From a virus (Duplodnaviria; Heunggongvirae; Uroviricota; Caudoviricetes), in IMG/VR virus record IMGVR_UViG_2802429245_000001, positions 1 through 12,360 of that record: DNA of 12,360 nt; one strand, given 5' to 3'. A program made the translations under genes and the position numbers. Under the pieces are notes generated by a model, which did no database searches, was not told the DNA's origin, and was given only the letters and a program-made list of their open reading frames with translations. This document shows, one piece after another, positions 6,893 through 12,360 of this stretch; the stretch's first letter is position 1, and every line of letters begins with the position of its first letter.

Positions 6893-9066
6893 TGTCACAA
6901 CAGCGCCTTGAATTACTTCTTGAACTGACAGACCGCCTGACAAGGCCGTTGCGTGCAGCCGGGCGACAGGTTCAGGGATTTGCTGCAACAAGTCGGGGAG
7001 CCTTTCGGGACATTGCTACCGGAGGCGCTGCGCTCTGGGGAGTGGGTGCAGCCATTCAGGGGGCACTGATGCCAGCCATTGAAATGGACAGGGCGCTCGG
7101 TGAGGTGAAATCACTGGGCGTCGCAGAGTCCGGATTGCGTAAACTCAGCCGCGCCGCCGTTGATTTCACTATGGAATACGGCGGGGCTGCGCAGGATTTT
7201 GTGCGTGCGTCATACGACATCCAGTCAGCCATTGCCGGGTTAACTGACGATGAGCTGTCCCGCTTCACCACCGCATCAGCAACGGTGGCAGCAGCAACCA
7301 AATCCAGCAGCCAGACCATTACCGCCTACATGGGCACCATGTACGGCATCTTTAAAGACCAGGCTGATGCCATGGGAAAAAGCAAATGGGTGGAGCAGGT
7401 CGCCGGGCAAACCGCCACCGCCGTGCAAATGTTTAAAACAACCGGCGATAACATGTCAGCGGCGTTCACCACGCTGGGTGCCAGTGCAAAAGCGGCCGGT
7501 ATTGATGCGGCTGAACAGTTCGCCGTGCTGGGACAACTACAGGCCACCATGAGTGGCAGCGAGGCAGGGACGAAATACAAAGCATTTCTTGCCGCAGTAG
7601 GCAGCGCCCAGAAAAAGCTGGGGCTTAATTTCGTGAATAAAGACGGCACGATGAAAAGTGTTGTCGAGATCATGAAACTTATCAGGGGCAAATTTGGTGA
7701 TCTGTCAAAAGTGGCTGATTCCGATTTGCTGAAAAGCGCCTTTGGCTCCGATGAAGCTGTGGCCATGATTAAATTACTCAATGCGGACATTGGCGGACTT
7801 GAAAAGAATATCGCCACGCTGGGCAATATCAAAGGTATGGATAAGGCTGTCGAAATGGCACAAGCCATGGCCGATCCATGGGAACAGGCCGCTGCAATTA
7901 TTAACGGCATTCGCATCGAAATTGGCACGCAGTTGTTGCCTGTTCTGTACCCGTTTATCCAGAAAAGCAACGAAGGCGGCAAATCCTTTGTTGCCTGGTT
8001 ACGTCTGTATCCAAACATCACGCGCGCAATTGGTTTACTGGCGGGGACTTTTCTTAGCCTCGCAACCGTTGGCGCTCTCAGCAATATCATCATGGGACTG
8101 TTCAGCTTTGTAACAAAAGGGCTGATTGCCCCCGTAACAGGCTTAATAAAGCTTCTCAGGTTAAGCGCATTGCGAAATACACTGGCCGCTGCTGCAACAG
8201 GGGCTTATGCCGCTGCACAACAATATCTGAACAGGGTCATGCTGGTTTCAATGCTGACAGGACGCGGCTTTCTTACCACCATGCTGATGATGAGCGGGCC
8301 CATTCTGCTTATTGGTGCAGCCATTGCAGCAGTTGTTGCTCTTGTCTGGAAATTCTGGGAACCCATCAAAGCGTTTTTCAGCGGATTCATTCAGGGGTTC
8401 AGCGATGCATGGAAGACTATTTCACTTGGCTCTCCCATTCTGGCCGATATCGGCGCTGTTTTTGGTTTTGTATGGGATGCCATCAAAACAGCATTTAACT
8501 GGCTGATGAATTTACTCACACCGGTAGAACTGACGGGCGAAGCGTTCGGACGCGCCAGCGATGCCGGTGCGTCTTTTGGCCGTATCGTTGCCACAGCAAT
8601 CAACTGGATCCTGACGCCCACTGAAATCATGCTCGGACTGTTATCAAAAGTGTGGCAGGCCCTGCTCATTATTCTGCAGGGGTATAAGGATATCTGGAAC
8701 AGCCTGGATATTACTCACCCCCTAGATTCACTGAAAAATCTGGCTTCCGGGATCCTGGCTATTTTCAGCAACCTCTGGGAACTGGTGAAACAGTCCTTCA
8801 GTGATTCATGGGGCTGGATTGTGGACAAACTCAACATGATCCCCGGCGTTAACATCGGCACATCAGAAAGCACAGGAAGTGGCGAAGGCTCCGTATTAAC
8901 CGGCGGTAAAGCCATCAGCGCGGGGCCGGGTGGCATTGCGGCAGAAATGCAGAACAACAGCGAAAACCAGACCACCATCGACAACTCCCGTCGTGTGGTC
9001 AACGTCAATGTGCAGGATCCATCCCCTGCCCGTCTTAACGAGTGGATGGAGCTGCATGCATACTGA
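6892..9066 (+). CDS. Tail tape measure protein
   Basis: 724 aa with an Ala-rich, helical N-terminal half, central hydrophobic segments and C-terminal aromatic periodicity typical of tape measure proteins. It lies immediately downstream of the frameshifting chaperone. By the roughly 0.15 nm per residue rule this predicts a tail on the order of 100 nm (inference). Confidence 0.88.
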   Translation: MSQQRLELLLELTDRLTRPLRAAGRQVQGFAATSRGAFRDIATGGAALWGVGAAIQGALMPAIEMDRALGEVKSLGVAESGLRKLSRAAVDFTMEYGGAAQDFVRASYDIQSAIAGLTDDELSRFTTASATVAAATKSSSQTITAYMGTMYGIFKDQADAMGKSKWVEQVAGQTATAVQMFKTTGDNMSAAFTTLGASAKAAGIDAAEQFAVLGQLQATMSGSEAGTKYKAFLAAVGSAQKKLGLNFVNKDGTMKSVVEIMKLIRGKFGDLSKVADSDLLKSAFGSDEAVAMIKLLNADIGGLEKNIATLGNIKGMDKAVEMAQAMADPWEQAAAIINGIRIEIGTQLLPVLYPFIQKSNEGGKSFVAWLRLYPNITRAIGLLAGTFLSLATVGALSNIIMGLFSFVTKGLIAPVTGLIKLLRLSALRNTLAAAATGAYAAAQQYLNRVMLVSMLTGRGFLTTMLMMSGPILLIGAAIAAVVALVWKFWEPIKAFFSGFIQGFSDAWKTISLGSPILADIGAVFGFVWDAIKTAFNWLMNLLTPVELTGEAFGRASDAGASFGRIVATAINWILTPTEIMLGLLSKVWQALLIILQGYKDIWNSLDITHPLDSLKNLASGILAIFSNLWELVKQSFSDSWGWIVDKLNMIPGVNIGTSESTGSGEGSVLTGGKAISAGPGGIAAEMQNNSENQTTIDNSRRVVNVNVQDPSPARLNEWMELHAY

Positions 9067-9406
9067 TAAAACGCTTTACATTGATTTGCTCATCACCGGC
9101 CGCAATCTCACGCTGAACAGCGCCAGTGAGCCGGTGTTATGCAACAACAGGGAAAGTATTGCCCAGGACTGCCAGCACGCCATCATTGAGAGCGGACTGG
9201 CAACGCGCCTGCTGGCTGAAAAAAGCCCGACGCTTCGTGCCGACATCATGATGCAGATGACACTGCTGATTGAAGATGATGAGCGTATTACGCCTGGCAC
9301 GGTCAGTGTGACAGAAGAAACCCCGCTTTCTGGTCGCCTGCTGATTAGCGCCCACACCGAAGATTTTTTTGAACCCCTGACTTTTACGGTATCTCTTGAT
9401 GATTAA
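9056..9406 (+). CDS. Small baseplate-associated protein (DUF2590-like; possibly gpW/gp25-like wedge protein)
   Basis: 116 aa with ATG 9056 preceded by GGAG at 9048-9051. It overlaps the tape measure 3' end by 11 nt and precedes baseplate J. Size and position fit a gpW/gp25-like protein, but sequence similarity is weak from recall. Confidence 0.45.
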   Translation: MHTDKTLYIDLLITGRNLTLNSASEPVLCNNRESIAQDCQHAIIESGLATRLLAEKSPTLRADIMMQMTLLIEDDERITPGTVSVTEETPLSGRLLISAHTEDFFEPLTFTVSLDD

Positions 9407-10583
9407 CGGCAAACCTACTGCAGATTACGAGCGCATTCTGGCTGATAATGGCATGCCGGTAACCGAAGAACAGGCTCGCGCTGAATTTGAAGCCATTGTC
9501 AAAGACGAAGGGCTTATCACCAACACTTCCCGCATGTCGCCGTTCTGGCGACTGATTACAGCTATCACCACAAAACCCGTGATGTGGCTGAAAGATGCGC
9601 TGGTTAATGTGGTGATGAAAAACCTGTTTCTGGCTGATGCCAGCGGTGTATTCGTTGATGTTTTTGCCTGGGCGGTAAACCTGCAACGCAAGGCCGCCAC
9701 GCACGCAGCCGGCGAGATTCGTTTCACCAAAAACGACATTGATCGCGCAGTTACCGTGTCGGCCGGTACGCAGATTCAGACAGAACGCATTAACGGCGTG
9801 ATTTATACGCTGACCGTTGTCAGGGATACCGTTATTCCGGCAGGAACACTCAGCATGAACATCGATGTTTCTGCGGAACAGGCCGGAGCCGGCTTTAACC
9901 TTGCGCCGGGATATTACCGCATCCTTCCGGTGGCGATTGATGGTATTGCCGGCGTTGAGAACGATGAAAACTGGCTGACCACACCGGGTGCCAACGAAGA
10001 AAGCGATGACGAGTTGCGTGATCGTGTTCGCAATCAGTTTAATCTTGCCGGCGCTTATCACACCGATGCAGTTTACCGGGGATTAATTGCCGGCGTTGCC
10101 GGCATCAGTGCCGACCGCATCTATTTTCTGCATGACGCACCACGCGGCCCCGGCACAGCAAATGCTTACATTCTGCTGGATACCGGCATCGCATCCGAAC
10201 CGTTCGTTGATGCAGTAAACGCATTCATTAACGATGAAGGTCATCACGGACACGGTGATGATCTGCGCTGTTTTTCCATGCCTGAAACACGCCACACCCT
10301 GACCGTGACACTCTGGTTATATGCAACGCTGAACCTCAGCGATGAGGAAATTCAGACGTTATTGCGCAATGTGGAAAATCTGGTTCGCTGTGCATTTCGA
10401 GAAAACAGCGATTATGACGTTCAGAAAACATGGCCGTATAGCCGTTTCAGCATGTCCAGACTGGGCGAAGAGATCCACCAGGTATTTCCACAGGTGGAGT
10501 CGGTTACATTTTCTCTTCCGGATATTCTCAGTGATCTGGCTGTTCCTCGTCTGGAATCCCTTACTGTGGAGGTGAGCGCGTGA
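9399..10583 (+). CDS. Baseplate J / gp47 family protein
   Basis: About 394 aa. The start is either ATG 9399 or TTG 9396, overlapping the previous gene's stop at 9404-9406. Size and position are those of a baseplate J-like protein (P2 gpJ / Mu gp47), followed by an I-like gene and the tail fibre. Confidence 0.8.
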   Translation: MINGKPTADYERILADNGMPVTEEQARAEFEAIVKDEGLITNTSRMSPFWRLITAITTKPVMWLKDALVNVVMKNLFLADASGVFVDVFAWAVNLQRKAATHAAGEIRFTKNDIDRAVTVSAGTQIQTERINGVIYTLTVVRDTVIPAGTLSMNIDVSAEQAGAGFNLAPGYYRILPVAIDGIAGVENDENWLTTPGANEESDDELRDRVRNQFNLAGAYHTDAVYRGLIAGVAGISADRIYFLHDAPRGPGTANAYILLDTGIASEPFVDAVNAFINDEGHHGHGDDLRCFSMPETRHTLTVTLWLYATLNLSDEEIQTLLRNVENLVRCAFRENSDYDVQKTWPYSRFSMSRLGEEIHQVFPQVESVTFSLPDILSDLAVPRLESLTVEVSA

Positions 10584-11215
10584 AACTTCCGGAGATCCCT
10601 GAATTCCCGCTCCCCACCTGGATGAATAAAGGCGAGCCGTTAACGCTGGCACATTCATCGCATCGCTACTGGGAAAAGGTATACAGCTGGCTGACGTGGC
10701 CACTACAGCAGATTGATGTCGACACCTGCGCAGAACCTTTACTTAACCTGCTGGCTTATCAGCGCAATATCACCCGATTTAAAGGAGAGCCGGTTTCGTT
10801 ATTTCGCTTAAGGGTGAAACACGCGTTTATTAACGCTCAGGACTCTGGCGAACGCGCCGGCTTCGAACGCATCTTTAAGCGTCTTGGCGTGGGAGACGTT
10901 AAAACACTGGAACGGCAACTGCAGCATGACTGGGACGTTATTTTACTGCGCATTAATGACACCCAGTTAAGTGAAAACAACGCGCTGATGATGCAGCTCG
11001 TGCGCCAGTATGGTCGTACCTGCAGGCGCTATTTCTTTCAGGTAATCAATACAACCACTGCCCGGCTGACAGCCGGCACATTTGATGGCCATTACAGGTA
11101 TCACACAGCAGAAGCAACGGTGAGAAAGGACACCATCTGGTTAACCGCTTCGCTACAGGCAGGACATTACGGCCTGTCCGTGGAGCATTACACATTACAG
11201 GCAGACGAAGCATGA
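10580..11215 (+). CDS. Baseplate/tail protein (P2 gpI-like or Mu gp48/YmfQ-like)
   Basis: 211 aa with a GTG start at 10580 overlapping the baseplate J stop (GTGA), preceded by a strong SD GGAGGTGA. Position between baseplate J and the tail fibre fits this family. Confidence 0.55.
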   Translation: MKLPEIPEFPLPTWMNKGEPLTLAHSSHRYWEKVYSWLTWPLQQIDVDTCAEPLLNLLAYQRNITRFKGEPVSLFRLRVKHAFINAQDSGERAGFERIFKRLGVGDVKTLERQLQHDWDVILLRINDTQLSENNALMMQLVRQYGRTCRRYFFQVINTTTARLTAGTFDGHYRYHTAEATVRKDTIWLTASLQAGHYGLSVEHYTLQADEA

Positions 11216-12360
11216 GCACGATTATTACTGAACAGTACGAACACTGGTGTGCGAATCAGCTCATCAGTGGAAAACCTGCGCGCCCGGATACATTTGTTTT
11301 TGCATATATTCCGGGACAGGATGAATCCGCAGAGATCCCCCGCGATGAGATACTCCCTGATGAATCCATGATTCAGTATCGTGCGCCGGTCACCCAGTAC
11401 GGCCTCCTGTCGCCGAACGCGACCGCGTTTTCCATCATTCTGGACACGACAGTCGGCGACTTCGAATACAACTGGATCGGTCTGCTGAACGAAGAAAGCG
11501 GCGTGCTCTGCATGATTGCGCACACACCTCGTCAGCAAAAAATTAAAACAGCGAACGGCGTGCAGGGAAACAACCTGATCCGCACATTTTCCATGGAGTT
11601 TGACGGCGCAGCCGCAGCAATGCATATCGATGTCAGTGCTGATGTCTGGCAGATTGATTTCACTGCACGCCTTGCAGGAATGGATGAGGCCCGCCGGCTG
11701 CTGGCGTTTGATCACTACGGTGAAGCCGCTTTTCTGGGGGATGGTTTTCAGGTCAGCTATCAGGATGGTACCGCTACTGTTGCCGCCGGCGTGGGTTATG
11801 TGGGAGGTCTGCGCGTCAGTCTGCGCGAACCTTACAGCCTGCCGGCTGCGGTCGGGGATACCATTTGGATTGATGCAAGCTGGCAGGGATTTGTTACCGG
11901 CGAATGGAATACCGTTTTTACGTTCTGCGCCCGCCAGGAACATGCGTCCTATACAGACGGTAACGGCTTCCGACACTTTGTCGCGCCACTTGCGAAACTG
12001 ACATCAGAAGGCTTACAGGATTTACGTCCACAGACGCCCGATGAAGAACAAAGCAATGCACTGGCAGAGCACGAAAAATCCCGCCGTCATCCGGACGCAA
12101 CACTGAAGGAGAAAGGCTTTGCGCAGTACAGCAACTCCACCGACAGCGACGCAGAAGACCGCGCCGCCACATCAAAGGCAGTAAAAGCCGCAATGGATAA
12201 GGCAAAAGGCGCTGTTGAGCGTGGCGGCGACACCATGACCGGGGAACTGAAAATCCGTGGTGTTAATGCGCTGAGGATTTTCAACGAAGCCTTTGGTCTG
12301 ATTTTTCGTCGTTCGGAAGAGTGCCTGCACCTTATCCCTACCAGTGAAGGTCAGGGCGAG
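11212..12360 (+). CDS. Tail fibre protein, N-terminal part (3'-truncated by the window end)
   Basis: ATG 11212 overlaps the upstream stop (ATGA). My manual translation shows no stop through 12360 (383 codons). It contains the conserved tail-fibre motif AEHEKSRRHPDATLKEKGFAQYSNSTDSDAEDRAATSKAVKAAMD, similar to P2 gpH / lambdoid Stf, followed by GDTMTGEL. Confidence 0.82.
   Translation, partial: MSTIITEQYEHWCANQLISGKPARPDTFVFAYIPGQDESAEIPRDEILPDESMIQYRAPVTQYGLLSPNATAFSIILDTTVGDFEYNWIGLLNEESGVLCMIAHTPRQQKIKTANGVQGNNLIRTFSMEFDGAAAAMHIDVSADVWQIDFTARLAGMDEARRLLAFDHYGEAAFLGDGFQVSYQDGTATVAAGVGYVGGLRVSLREPYSLPAAVGDTIWIDASWQGFVTGEWNTVFTFCARQEHASYTDGNGFRHFVAPLAKLTSEGLQDLRPQTPDEEQSNALAEHEKSRRHPDATLKEKGFAQYSNSTDSDAEDRAATSKAVKAAMDKAKGAVERGGDTMTGELKIRGVNALRIFNEAFGLIFRRSEECLHLIPTSEGQGE

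Noticed and set aside
7326-8093. 255-aa minus-strand ORF inside the tape measure gene
   Set aside because: It is antisense to a confidently assigned tape measure protein, has Ala/Ser-rich composition and no RBS.
9384-10061. 225-aa minus-strand ORF
   Set aside because: It is antisense to the baseplate J gene and is an artefact.
11188-11976. 262-aa minus-strand ORF
   Set aside because: It is antisense to the tail fibre gene, whose plus-strand frame is open to the window end and carries a conserved fibre motif.
1-12360. CRISPR arrays, rRNA/tRNA genes, integrase/transposase, toxin-antitoxin or defence-system genes
   Set aside because: No regularly spaced direct repeats were noticed, and every sizeable ORF is accounted for by virion or lysis functions. 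No candidate for these categories was seen in this window.

Overview
This window is almost entirely one plus-strand array of late (structural and lysis) genes from a temperate myovirus-type prophage in a GC-rich, enterobacterial-like background. The head and packaging genes are P2-type: a 5'-truncated scaffold (gpO-like) remnant, major capsid (gpN-like), terminase endonuclease subunit (gpM-like) and head completion protein (gpL-like). They are followed by tail completion proteins (R-like, S-like), a putative sheath and tube, an embedded lysis cassette (3-TMD holin, a 35-codon basic peptide ORF, an M15 zinc-peptidase endolysin), a tail assembly chaperone with an apparent programmed -1 frameshift extension, a 724-aa tape measure protein, baseplate proteins and the N-terminal part of a tail fibre that runs off the window end. 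I found no rRNA, tRNA, CRISPR array, transposase or recognisable defence system. Every minus-strand ORF in the track lies antisense to a well-supported plus-strand gene and is treated as an artefact. I do not see a self-evident novel multi-gene system. The most noteworthy signals are the truncated scaffold gene with an AT-rich junction at the window start, the lysis cassette sitting inside the tail gene block with an untracked 35-aa peptide ORF, the recoding site in the tail chaperone, and the mosaic head/tail architecture. All family assignments come from recalled motifs and synteny, not from database searches.
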